NCBI RefSeq assembly: GCF_009914755.1 | Contig: NC_060941.1 | DNA length: 64,000 bases | DNA from: the human T2T-CHM13v2.0 reference genome, Homo sapiens | Direction: 5' to 3' (one strand) | Shown here: in pieces, positions 1 through 58,869 of the stretch | Layout: each line of letters starts with the position of its first letter | Position numbering within the stretch: the stretch's first letter is position 1 | Program-made: the position numbers and the translations under genes | The notes under the pieces: model-generated | Seen by the model: only the letters and a program-made list of their open reading frames with translations | Database searches by the model: none | What the model was told of the DNA's origin: nothing

Positions 1-490
1 ACATTGTTATACTGATACTTTATAATGTTTACAAGAGACCCATCTAAAGCTTAATGACAAAGGGCTGAAAGTCAAAGAATAGAAAATGATGTTTTTTCTA
101 TTATTTGATAATTATTAGTAAATAATTAGTTTTAGTAAATACGAATCAAAAGAAAGCTAGGGTAGCAATATGGGACAACAGATTTTGAGCTAAAAAGCAT
201 TGCTAGAAATAGAGGGCTATTTCATAATAATAAAAGTTTCAACTCATCAGGAAGGTATAACAATTCTAGATTTTTGTGCATCTAATAATATAGTCTCAAA
301 ATAAGTAGAGCAAATTTTGCACAATTACAAGGAGAAAGAGACAAATCTAGTATCATAGTGGAGAGCTTAATATTTCTTAATTGATAGAGCAAACAGACTA
401 AAAATCAGGATATAGAAGATTTGAAGAACACAATCAACAATCATGATTTAATGGATATCTATAGAAACTGGACTCAATAATTGGAGAATC

Positions 491-660
491 GGCCAGGCAT
501 GTTGGCTCATGCCTGTAGCCCCAGGACTTTGGGAGGCCAAGGTGGGAGGATTACCTGAGGTCAGGACTTCAAGGCTGCATTGAGCCATGACTGTACCACT
601 GCACTCCAGCCTGGGTGACAGAGTGAGACCTCAACTCAACTCAATAAAATAAAATAAATA
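491..660 (+). mobile_element. Alu monomer (FRAM/AluJ-like)
   Basis: ggccaggcatg...cactccagcctgggtgacagag plus A-rich tail. Confidence 0.8.
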
Positions 661-1157
661 ATTGAAGCATAACCATATTTTTCAAGCACACATAGAAAAT
701 TGTTGGACCATGTAGGAAAAGGAAAATTGATGACTATGTAAAGGCCATAAATTTGCCTCAAAAATGTCAAAGGAAGATATTCAGACCACAGTTTCTGATC
801 ACAGTGATAACTCTACTGCTATCAGGCAAAGCAGACTTTATGGCAAGAAGCAATCGTAAAGGTGAAGAGTGACATTTCATAATGATAAAAGGATCAATAC
901 ACAGAAAGTTATAAGAGTTCTAAATCTGTATGCACTAAATAATATAGCTACAAAATCCGTAAAAGAAACTGGACAGAACCATAAGGAGAAACACATAAAT
1001 CCACAGCCCTGGTGGGATATCTTGACTTACTTCTTTTAGGAACAGATAATGCAAACAGACCAAAAAATCCATAAAGAGATGCATTTGAATGCTTTTAACA
1101 GACAGTGACAAAATAGAAAAAGCCCGAGTGTTTGGAAATTTGGCAATACAATTCTAA

Positions 1158-1496
<339 letters not shown>

Positions 1497-1789
1497 GAGA
1501 ATATTTTTTAACTGAATAAGTAGAAAATGTGACATTAAACTTGTTTAGGACACTAAACACATGTGCACACAGAAAACATACTAATAAAACTACTTCTCAG
1601 ATAGTGGAAGGAAGTGGAATTAGTGAGGCCTGTTAGTGCAAGTAACTATCTTGTATCTATTTGAAAATATTTGGCTACATGAGCTGTGTGTTTAAAAATG
1701 GCACACTATTCTGGGGCCCATCTGTTAGGTCATGGTTCTTCAAGCATTACTTTTTAACTTAGGTAATAATGTCTTTACTATTAAACGGG

Positions 1790-2055
1790 CTCTTCCACCA
1801 AACTGTGAGCTCTGCAATAGGACGAAATCTATTTTGTTCCAAGCCGTATCTGTGGCAACCAGCACAGTGCTTGGCATACATTGTACAGGCTTAATAAATA
1901 TTTGCTGAATAATAACAAAAAGTGTGTAGAGCTACATGTAAGACACTGTGTCAATGAGGAAACTGAGGCGTGGAGAAGTAACTTACCCAGGAACACATAG
2001 CTGAGAGCTGGGGAACCAGGCTGGCGGACTCCAGAGCCCAATCTTTCAACTCTGC
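1790..2055. mobile_element. L2 3' end followed by MIR fragment
   Basis: aataaatatttgctgaat; gaggaaactgaggc MIR core. Confidence 0.6.
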
Positions 2056-2217
2056 AATGGGCCAGCTTCCCAATGAGTGAACAGAGCCGGAGTGCAGAGG
2101 GCCCTGGTGCCATTTTTAACAGTTTGAACGTATTCTCTCTGGCACCGGGGAGATTTTGAAAGCCCTTTAAAGGCCTCATCCTTTTTCTTCTGCTTGCTGT
2201 GTTTTCCCTTCCCTCAG

Positions 2218-49638
<47,421 letters not shown>

Positions 49639-49790
49639 GACCTCCTCCTCTTCTCCGCTTGAGAGAGAGGGTCAGGGACTCCAGGAGCTAAGACAGATGT
49701 TGCACCTAGGACTGAGGCCGGACCTCACTCAGACTTTGACCTTGGCCGAATTTGTGTGATGTGGCCCTGGAGATACCTAGTTGTGTTAGC

Positions 49791-49796
49791 CATAAA
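49791..49796 (+). terminator. Probable non-canonical poly(A) signal (CATAAA) of DNAH2
   Basis: Only AATAAA-like hexamer between the stop codon and the KDM6B CpG island. Confidence 0.5.
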
Positions 49797-49899
49797 AGTG
49801 AAAGAGTTGTATTGGAGCTCAGTGCTGTAAAACACCCGCGACAACAAGCCTTAAGTCTCTCAATGCAATGGTGAGGGTCTGGGGAGGGAGGAAGCCCAG

Positions 49900-52780
49900 G
49901 CCTCACGGAGGACAGAGCTACTGCGGAGCTGCTACTGGACGGGGAAAGAAGCGAGGGAGGTGGGGCGGCCTGGAGCGGAACGGAGGCGTGGCCCTGAACG
50001 AATGGGCAGGGCGGAGCCGCCTGAAGAGGCTGTGGCTTAAGTCTCCGGGCAGGACTTCAGTGGGTGGGGCGGGGCTTACCTTAGAAGGGCGCGTGATCCA
50101 AATGAGTAGGGATTTGTTAGGCAGGGATCAGGGCTGAACCCCGTACACTGCACCCTGAGGCCCGCACCCTGAAGCCCGCACCCCGCACCCGGCATCCTAG
50201 CCGGCACCCGCCCTGAGGCGAGCGGGACCGGCAGAAGACGGGGCGGAGCCGGAGAGGGGGACTAGAGCGCGAGGAGGGGCGGGACCACAAGGGGGCGGGG
50301 CTGGGGAGCGGGGGTGCGGGTGTTTGTGTTGGAAAATCCAACTGCGCCACTGGGCGGAGCGGCCCCCCCAGCCCCGGCCTGGGAGAAGGGGGGGCCGCTC
50401 GACCCCCTGGGATACCTTGGGGAGCCTGAACACCTGGGACCCCCCCCAGAACCAGGTAACGGGGAGCCGCGAGGACGTCTGTAAAGAGGGAAACCCTCTC
50501 CTTGCAGCAGGGCAGGACGCCTGAGTCTCTGGAGGGGTAGAGCTGGGGATGGACGTTTGGGTCTTGGGAAGGGCACTGGGAAGAAGACTGGGGCGAAGGT
50601 CATGGGTCCCCTAGAAGAGAGAACGGCGGGGAAGGAGGAAGAACTGGGAGGCAGATGTCTCAGGTTCCAAATGTCCAGAGGGGCCTGAAAGGACTCCCCG
50701 TTCCCCTTGGGCTGGGATTCCCCTTCCCGACTCCAGGGCGGGGCGGGGCGGGGCGCGGCGGTCCTTACTGAAGGGCAGGACTAAAGGGCAGAGTTTGCAG
50801 ACAGGTCAATGCCATGGCCCAGTAAGGTCAGATGTGGTCAGACTTGGGTGTGTCCCGGTCCCAGGACTACTTTAAGTCTCCCTCCAGTTCTCTGCACGGG
50901 TGAGGTGTAGAAGCCTCAGCCTGACCTTCCCACCAGCGGCCCCGAGAGCTTCCCAGCGGTAGCCTTCGCCTTCTTCCCACCACCCCCCTGCGCCTCCCTT
51001 TCACTCCGTCTCGCCCCGCTAGCCTCCTCATCCCTAGTCCTTCTCCCACTCCGCCGTTCCCGAACCCTAGCGCGCCCCGCACGGCTTCTCGGTGCGGAGC
51101 CTTCCCAACGTAGCCACAAGATGGCGAGGGCGAGACGCACCCAGGGCAGGTGGGGGATGTGACCGTGAAAGTAGCTGAAGCCCCCCGCCCCGGTCCGAGG
51201 GAAAGGTAGGCTGAGGCCCCCACTTGACTTCCTGTGATCTGGGCCCCCTCACAGGAAATTGTGGGCAGGAGGTCGCAGCGCAGAAGACGGGGAGGGGGCT
51301 GGGGACTCAATCTCCGCCTCTCCCGGCTGGGGTAAATAGTGGGGAGGGGGGCACGCGGGGTGGTTGCTAAGCGACGTAGATTCGCTTCCTGTTTGCTGCA
51401 GCTTATGTTGTGACACTGGTGGGGGTTAGAGACAGCGGAGGGCCTGAAGACTGTGGGGAAGGCCGAGGGCAGGACGCCTGGTTCCCGGGACAGGAAGAGC
51501 CCTGGGAGGAAGGCGGGGAGGTAGCGAGCTGCGCCGCGACCGAAGGGGACTCGGTGGTTGTCCGGAGGGGGTTAGGGACCGAGGCGCAGCGTTCACCTCG
51601 GCTCCCCTTCCCTCCCCTGGGTTGCTTGTCCTGTTGCCAGAGTAACTGGAGGGCGAGACTTGGGAGCCGGATTCCCGAACTCTCCCGTCCGCCCAATCCG
51701 CTCCAGCGGTCGGCCCTGACGTCAGGGCCCTGGCAGCCAATGGGGAAGGGGGATGATAGCGACAGGAAAGGGAGAGGGGAGGGGCAGCGGCGGAGGCTGG
51801 GAGGCAGCAGCTGCCTGGGACCCGCACGTGCACTCCCACACGCTCGCGCCCACCCCCCGCCCTGCGCCGCACGCGCCCGAGCACCCCCTTGCGCCTGCGC
51901 GGCGAGCCGGGCGCCCCCCTCCCCTCGTGGAGTCTGTGTAAAGCCGCCTGAGGCTGCGCTCTTCAGCCCCTGGGGACCCACACGTCTCGGTCGGTCTGCA
52001 CCGTTTCGCCGGTCGCGACCATAATGCCCAGCCTGGCTCGGGAGGGCCGACTACCTGTTCCCCACCTCCCCCCAGCTGGCGCCCCACACTCCCAGGTGGG
52101 CTGGGCGGAGCTGTGGTTTCCGGCCCCATCTGCTCGGCCGCTGCCTTCCCGGGCTCTGGCTTAAGTTGCTTTCCCAAGAGAAAGCGAGCGGGTACCAGCG
52201 CCCCTTCCCAAGGCTTCTCCCGCCCGGGCCCAGCTGCTGTTGGTGGCGGAGGAGGGCACTGCGGGGAAGCCCCGGACGGCCCAGGTGATTCTTCTGGGCC
52301 ATCACGCCCCTTCTTCGCGTGAATTCCTGCTCTTTGATGTGCACCAAAACCCTTCCCATTCCTAACGTTTCCTCCTCGTTCGCCCCGGCGTTCTTTGCAC
52401 CTCCCTCGGCTCCTTTCGGGCTGTCTGTCCCTGTCTCCACTCGTCCTTCTCCGCTTCTCCCGGTTATATAACTCTTCCTCTCGCCGTGTCCTGGTTTCAA
52501 CTCCACAGACTCCGCCCTGGAACAGCGCGGGGAGGGGCGGGAGAGTTGGGGACCCAGACAGATTCCGGCTGGCGGCCGGCTGGGGCACGGGGGATCCTGC
52601 AGATGGAAGACGGAGCCCCGCGGGACCCGGTGCCCCCGTCCCCGCCTGCCGGCCCCCACCGAGATCTCGCCCAGGAGAGAGAAGGCACAGTATCTCCGAG
52701 GGGCGTGTCGGGCCGACTCCCGTCAGAAATGTGGGTTGGGAGGTCAGGGCTGCAGGCGGAGAGGAGGAGACAGGCAAGAG
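49900..52780. promoter_or_regulatory. KDM6B: CpG island / distal KDM6B promoter
   Basis: Very high GC and CpG density; many GGGCGG boxes (e.g. 50737-50755); kB-like GGGATTCCCC 50714-50723; YY1-like CAAGATGGCG 51117-51126; CRE 51717-51724. Confidence 0.85.
50322..50455 (+). other. KDM6B: KDM6B non-coding first exon (5' boundary approximate)
   Basis: Follows GC boxes, contains no ATG, ends at donor CAG|gtaacg; agrees with my recollection of the KDM6B 5' exon. Confidence 0.7.
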
Positions 52781-53654
52781 GCCTGAGTCCCTGGGATTGG
52801 AGTCGTATTAGGGGTAAAAGAGATAAGGACGCCTGGGTTTCTTCTTATGTCTCCTTTTTGGGTTCCCAGAATTCCTAAGGGTGTTTCCAGTGTTTCCAGG
52901 AAGCTTAGCCAGCACACCCACTCCGCCCCGTAGGGGTCAAAGGTCTGTGTTAGAGGTGGCCTGGGATGATGTCACTAGTGCACGTGCCCCGGGATGGTTG
53001 CCAGGCAATGAGGCTTCCTCCCCCTTCTATTCCCTCCCACCTCTGCCCCGAGTCCAGTTCCAGTCCCGTGCCATCTCTTTCCCCTCTCCCTTCCCGTGGT
53101 CTTAGCATCCTGCAGGTGGGAAACCCCGGCCTGGAGTTTTGTGAGGGGGAGGGGCACGGGTGTGGTGTGGCTGAAAGACTTTGCCCCTTTGCTGGGCTGA
53201 GGGAGCCTTGGGTCACTTTTCCCTAGATTGGCACAGAAGAGCTTCCCCTCCAAGGCTCCGCCCCCATAGAAAAAGCTACCTAGCCGTCATTTTACTTTCC
53301 CACCTGCTGCATGGCCAAGTGTCCTATTGCCCCCTTCCCCAGATTGATTTGAAGTGGGAGTGGTTGAAAGACGGAAGAGTTGTGTGTAGTATGGGGGGGG
53401 GTTCACTACACACCAGCTTATCCCTGAAATCCCCATAATGGCACACCCCCATCTGCAAACAATGAAAGGAAAAGGGTCAAGAAACAGTATTAGGCTGAAA
53501 AGTCAGGGTCTTTATTGTGTGTATGCGGGTGAATCGGTTTGTAGCCTCTCACTTGGTGGAGGGGGACTCAGTTGATTGCTATGGTTGTTCTTCTCTATTA
53601 AGTCCCAGGGTTGGTGATGGTATTGGAATGAATCGGTTTGTGCTTTTATGTACC

Positions 53655-53890
53655 TTAGAGCTTGGGCTGTCAGATCAGACCTGGATTCTAATTCTAGCTC
53701 TGTCACTTAGTGGCTACTAGGACTTGGAGAGGTCAGAACCTCTCTGAGCCTCGTATGTTAATCTTGAACATTTAAATATCAACACCTACCTTGAAGGCCG
53801 CTGGGAGGAAAAAAATGAGATAATTTATGCAAATCACTTAGCACAGTGCCTGGCACAGAATGAACACAGAATGAGTGCTTGTTGTTATGA
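53655..53890 (+). mobile_element. MIR
   Basis: tcagacctggattctaattctagctctgtcacttag..cttagcacagtgcctggcaca. Confidence 0.7.
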
Positions 53891-54329
53891 AATACTTTTA
53901 TTATTAAATGGTGTTAGTTACTAGTTTATTATTATTGCTGTGGGTCTGCTCCAAACCAGCGGTAACCGTAGGAGTTTGTTAAGGGGTAGTGGATAGTTTG
54001 TGTTAATTTGGAGATTGGGGTTAGGGGGCTGGGGATTAGCTTCAACTGCTTTGTGCATTTTATTTGATGAAGGCTTTAGGCAGATTTGTATTGCTTTCTT
54101 TAGGATTATTTTTTTTTCTCTTGGACAAGAAATAGCTAAGACTATTCCGTGGGCCTTGAAAATAAAATAATTGTATTATGGTTCTTGATTTTGAAGCAAG
54201 ACCCCAGCCCCCTCCCGTGTTGATCTCTGGAGCCTTTCGTTTTGCAGAGGGACTCCACAGTTTCTCTAGTGGGGACAGGGCTAGGCTGAGGGGTGTGTAA
54301 AAGGTTGGGGTGGGTGGGTGGAGAGAGAC

Positions 54330-55450
54330 TAGTGCTGGGGGCTGGGGGGGCGGGTAGTTAAAGGAAGAGACCGGAAGGGAGGAGGAGGGAGCCTGCTGGT
54401 GGGGAGGGAGGGAGGGGAGGAGGAGGTGGAGGAGGAGGAGGAGGAGGAGGGAGGGGGTTGGGGAGAGCCTGCTACAGTTCTTTGTTTGACTCCGGGACTC
54501 AGGGACGGGGAGGAGGAGGGAGGGAGGCAGAGGCTGCAAGCGCCGGGGCAGGCCCAGGAGGCAGAGGAGGGACCGTCTCCCCCGCCCCCCCAGCCCCCAC
54601 TCCCCCCCCTGCTGCTTCCCCCCCTCCCTACCCGGACTCCGGGGGCACCGCCGGGGGACAGACACCCAGCAGGTAACCCCGGCCTGGCTCGCCCTCCCCT
54701 CTCTGATTTTCCTCCACACCTTCCCGGATGACCCCTTTTCCCCTTTCCGTCTCCCCGTTTCTCCCCGGCCTTGCCTCTTTTCCCTGGCCTTCCTTGTTCC
54801 ATCGCCCCCACTTGGGCTTATCGCCCGCTGGCCGCGCCGGCGTCTCGTGCAGCCTGATTCCCTTCTCGCCCGACAGCCTGTGCGCCCTAGGTCTGCCCAG
54901 GGCACCTTTTGGGGCTCTGTCTGGCTGCTGCTTTGGGCTCTTGCTTCCCTTCCGACCTGTCCCCTGGGGCTGTCGGGGAGGAGGGAGTCCCTGCCTTTTC
55001 TTGCTCCCCCCCAGTTCCCCGCCTCCCCAACTCTGGCCCCCTTTCTCCTTCTAGCAGTCTCTAGGGGTGGGGAGAGAACCGGAATTTAGGGGGCCCCCTG
55101 GAGGGGCAAGGGGCTCTGGGTCGCTGGGGAAAGGGTCTGTGAGTGTGTGTAGGGTGGGGGTGGGGGGGCAGTTAGAGACCTGGCTGCCTCTCCGTTGTCC
55201 CTTTAAATGGCCCTCACATTTCTGGGGACTCATGGGGGGGAGGTGGCAAGCCGCCTGCCTGGGGGGCAGGGCCCTTGGTTCGTCCACACAATCAGGGGTG
55301 GTAATGATTTAAAGGGACAGCCTCGGTGTGGCCGCTGCCACCCTGCGCCGGCGGGAGGGGGAGCCGGCAGGCCATGTCTGGGGAGGCTTGGCTGGTGAGC
55401 AGGGCATTTGAGGCTGAGTCTGTTGCTGGGCCTGCCAGGTCTGGGACAGT
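54330..55450. promoter_or_regulatory. GC-rich, low-complexity island with (GGA)n and G/C runs inside the KDM6B 5' region
   Basis: GGA repeats 54375-54455, C-rich tracts 54580-54630, CpG-rich, donor CAG|gtaacc at 54672. Confidence 0.55.
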
Positions 55451-55743
55451 GCTGCGGCTGGGAAGGTGCAATGAGGGGTGACAGCCTGCCTGGGGGGTAC
55501 ACAGCCTGGGCTTTTTCCAGGGCCCCACCTTTGGGTCCACCGACTCCTTGGCCAAGAATCCTTGAGTCCAAACTATGGAGTCTGTCGGCCACCAGGTGAG
55601 GGGCCACCGGCTGGTCTGCAGGTCAGGGGTCTGGCCTGGGCAGTTTGGAGCTGGCACTTCAGCTTCCCCTTTTGTTGTTTGGCTCTGTGCACAAGAAAGC
55701 CCCAGCCCCTCCCCCAGCCCAGCTCCCCCTTCCCGTCCACATG

Positions 55744-55744
55744 C

Positions 55745-55775
<31 letters not shown>

Positions 55776-55787
55776 AAACACACACAC
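55744..55787. repeat. Poly(C) run followed by (CA)n
   Basis: Seen directly. Confidence 0.85.
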
Positions 55788-57087
55788 CCCAGCTGTTGGA
55801 CAGATGAATTACAGCCTCCGGCTTGGGGCCAGGGCTGGTGAGGGATTAAAGCTCTGGGGCTGGCCCTTTAAATGGCTGTTAGCCCCTCCCCCACTCTGTT
55901 GTCCAGACACCCCTCACACACCCTCTGACCCCCTAGGCTTCCCCCTCACTCCTCCTCTTGGTCTGTCCTAAAGTCTGCCCACTCTGCTCTCGACTAGCCC
56001 TTTCCTAGTCCCTCCCCCCAGCACAACCGCAGAACACAGATGCCACAGACTATAGATACACACTCTCTGCTCCCAGGTTATGAGCCTCCCTGTCCTGGAG
56101 AGTTCTAGCCTGAAGCTCCCTTCCCGAGCAGAAGGGCCTTGCCTGCCTGACCTCTACCACCTACAGCTGACCACTACCCTGGCTTAGGAAGGAGGCCTTG
56201 GTGGGTCACAAATAGCACCTCCCTGGGGGCAGTGTCATCAGCAGCCACAGAAGCTTGCGGAACATTGCATCATGGAGACTGGGGGCTAGAGGCCTGAGTC
56301 TCTGAGGCAAGGGGAAGGATGGGGGCCGGAAGGCTAGGGAATATAGAGATTAGATTGGGACCCCAAGTGTTTGGGTCCATAAGGGCAGAGAACTATGATT
56401 AAGGGAGCAGAAAACATAGGTCCCTGAGGAGCGAGTCTGAGGTGAGGGCCAACTTAGCTCTGACCCCTGATGGACACCTGATTCTTGGCCTTGGACTTAT
56501 GCTAAAAGACCTAGCTTCTTGTCTATGAGGGTTGGGAAGGGAGTGGGCCTGTATCACCTTCTTAGGCCACATAAGAGGAAGGAGGTGATGGGGAAACAGG
56601 ATATTGCCTTGGGGTTGGCAGGGAGGGGAGGCTTGCAGTGGAGGCTACTTCCAGGCTTAGGCCCAGAGTCAGAGTTCTTGCAGGGGAGGATGGCCCCTCC
56701 CTGTTGGGCCCGTTCATCTAGTCTGGCTACCTGTGCTGCTAGCCAAGACCTGCCTGCACCCGCCTGGGGGAAGAAGAGGGGGCAGAGTCCAGAGGGTGGG
56801 GTTGACTGTCTGGTGTCTTGATAAGGTTGGAGAGGACACAGAGCTGAAGGAAGAGGGTCTGCATGCCCTGGTGCTAGGACTCAGGCTGGCTTGTGTACAG
56901 ATGTCAGGGCAGCTGGGGCGACTCAGGCCAGGGAGTCTCAGCAGGAGCGTCCTGTCAGAAGAGGGATCACGGGTTTGGGGTCTACTGTAGACTTACTCAG
57001 ATGCCATATCATGGCCCCTTACCAACTGATCGAGCCTGCTTCCCAAAGGGGAAGGTTGGATGACCACTTTGGGGATGGCTTTTTCTG

Positions 57088-57101
57088 GTTGCCATGGAAA
57101 C
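57088..57101. promoter_or_regulatory. RFX X-box
   Basis: GTTGCCATGGAAAC, near-palindromic X-box. Confidence 0.65.
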
Positions 57102-57222
57102 AAGATTCTCCCATCATATCTGACCACCAGAGCCAGGTTTCTCCTTAATGAGGGGGGCAGGGAGCCCAGGAAAATTCTCCATCCTGGAAGACCCCCACCT
57201 CTAACTGACTTTTTTCTTTTAG

Positions 57223-57341
57223 GTTCCCCCCAGGGCAACATGCCAGCCCCGTAGCACTGCCCACCCCACCCACTGTGGTCTGTTGTACCCCACTGCTGGG
57301 GTGGTGGTTCCAATGAGACAGGGCACACCAAACTCCATCTG
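57223..57341 (+). other. KDM6B: KDM6B 5'UTR exon
   Basis: Branch-like ctaactgac, T-rich tract, ag| acceptor; strong donor CTG|gtaagt; sequence matches my recollection of the KDM6B mRNA leader. Confidence 0.85.
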
Positions 57342-58324
57342 GTAAGTCCTGTCTGAGTGACCCTCTCTCCTCAGCAGTCTAACTCTGCACCACATGGTTG
57401 GAGATGCTCGGTATGATCTGGATCATGCCCACTCTTCAGAATGGTCCAGTCCAATTCTAAGCACCCCACCATGTGGTGCTTGAGTGGTTCAGCCCTCCTG
57501 GTTTATGGACCTCCCTTCTATCTCCTATAAATGGTTCAGCCCTGTACTTCACCAGCCTCTCCACTACTACCAAAAAATCTTTTCCCCACTATCTCCCTAG
57601 TGCTACAACTCAGTTGCTTATTGAAATGAAGAGGGAGTTTGCAAGCTGAAAAGTGGATATGAGCTACCCTGGAGGAATTTTTTCTTGGTAGGGAAACAGC
57701 TTTGTCCCTATAGGAGTTGTTGAACACCCTGGCTTTTGGAGGGTGTTCAGAATTTATTTGGGGAGATAGTGGAGATCACTGCCAGCCACAGCAGTCTTGG
57801 CATTTCACCTTTCCTTCCAGATCTCTTTCAGTCCCATTCTCTCCCCACTGCACTATAGCATTTGCCCCCATACCTAAGTCTTACTCTTCTGCTTCCCTCT
57901 CTCCTTCTGTCAGTTCTCTGCCTGAGGCCCTGCTTTATTTCCCATTCCTTTGTAGGAGAAAAGGGAAGATAATCCCTAAGCCAGGGGCTTAAGTTCTCTC
58001 TGTGTTGTTCTTCCTCATTACATATGGGGTTTCTCGAGTGGGACTGTTTTCTTCTATGTGTCTCTCACTATTTTGCTTGATGTTTTGCACATTGGGGTGC
58101 ATGGTGGATTTGTGTTGAATAATGTTAACTGAATGAGCTTCATTATGAAGAACCTATGACTTCTGAGATTTGCTGCACAGCCTCCTACTTTATCCTCTAG
58201 AGGACGTGAGACATTGGGGATGGTAACATGGGTAGAGCTGAAAGGAAGGTTGACCCAGGAGATGGCCTGTGAGGATAAAACCAAGGGAGGGAGAGTAGGA
58301 CAGAGGCAGTACATAAGAGTGGTA

Positions 58325-58550
58325 AGAATGTGGCTCTGGAAAGAAGCCTAGCTCTTTCATTCTTCACTTGCAGAATGACTTTGGCCAAGTCACCTAGCCT
58401 CTCTGGGCCTCAATTTCCTCATCTGTAAAATGGGGGTAATCAGAGTACCTCCTATGTCAGGTTTTGGGGAGGAGTAAAAGAAATGCTTGTAAAATACTTA
58501 ATACAGTGCCTGGCATGTAACAAATATTCACAAAATGCTAGCAGTTATCA
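58325..58550 (+). mobile_element. MIR
   Basis: cctcaatttcctcatctgtaaaatgggg core. Confidence 0.75.
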
Positions 58551-58869
58551 CCACAGTGGGAGCCACAGGGAGCTCTGAGGATAAGCAGGGATGTCGAGGG
58601 ATGGGACAGAACTTGATTGAAGGCAGACAGACCTCCAAATTCTTGACTCAGACAGAATGATCACTGATCCAGCGAGACGTCAGGATCGAGAGGAGTGTAG
58701 CAAGGAGTCAGGAGGGTGGGCCTGCGCCAGTGTCGCCCCGACTCTGTTCAGTAACATGAAGGCAAACACAGAAGGGCATGTGCGGAGACACACGTGATCA
58801 CGCTAGTGATGCAGAGGCAGACCCAGACAAAAGACCGAGACAGGAGCTAGGCAGACACACAGACAGAGA

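Noticed and set aside
51403-52811. Overlapping 190-350 aa ORFs on both strands
   Set aside because: Expected from stop-codon scarcity in a CpG island; Gly/Pro/Arg/Ala-rich with no recognisable domain.
54060-54905. 281-aa minus ORF and poly-Glu/poly-Pro plus ORF (54399-54731)
   Set aside because: Low-complexity translations of GGA/CCT repeats with non-ATG starts.
56001-56077. Possible extra cassette exon (tttcctag| ... cccag|gttatg)
   Set aside because: Donor is weak and there is no other support from sequence alone.
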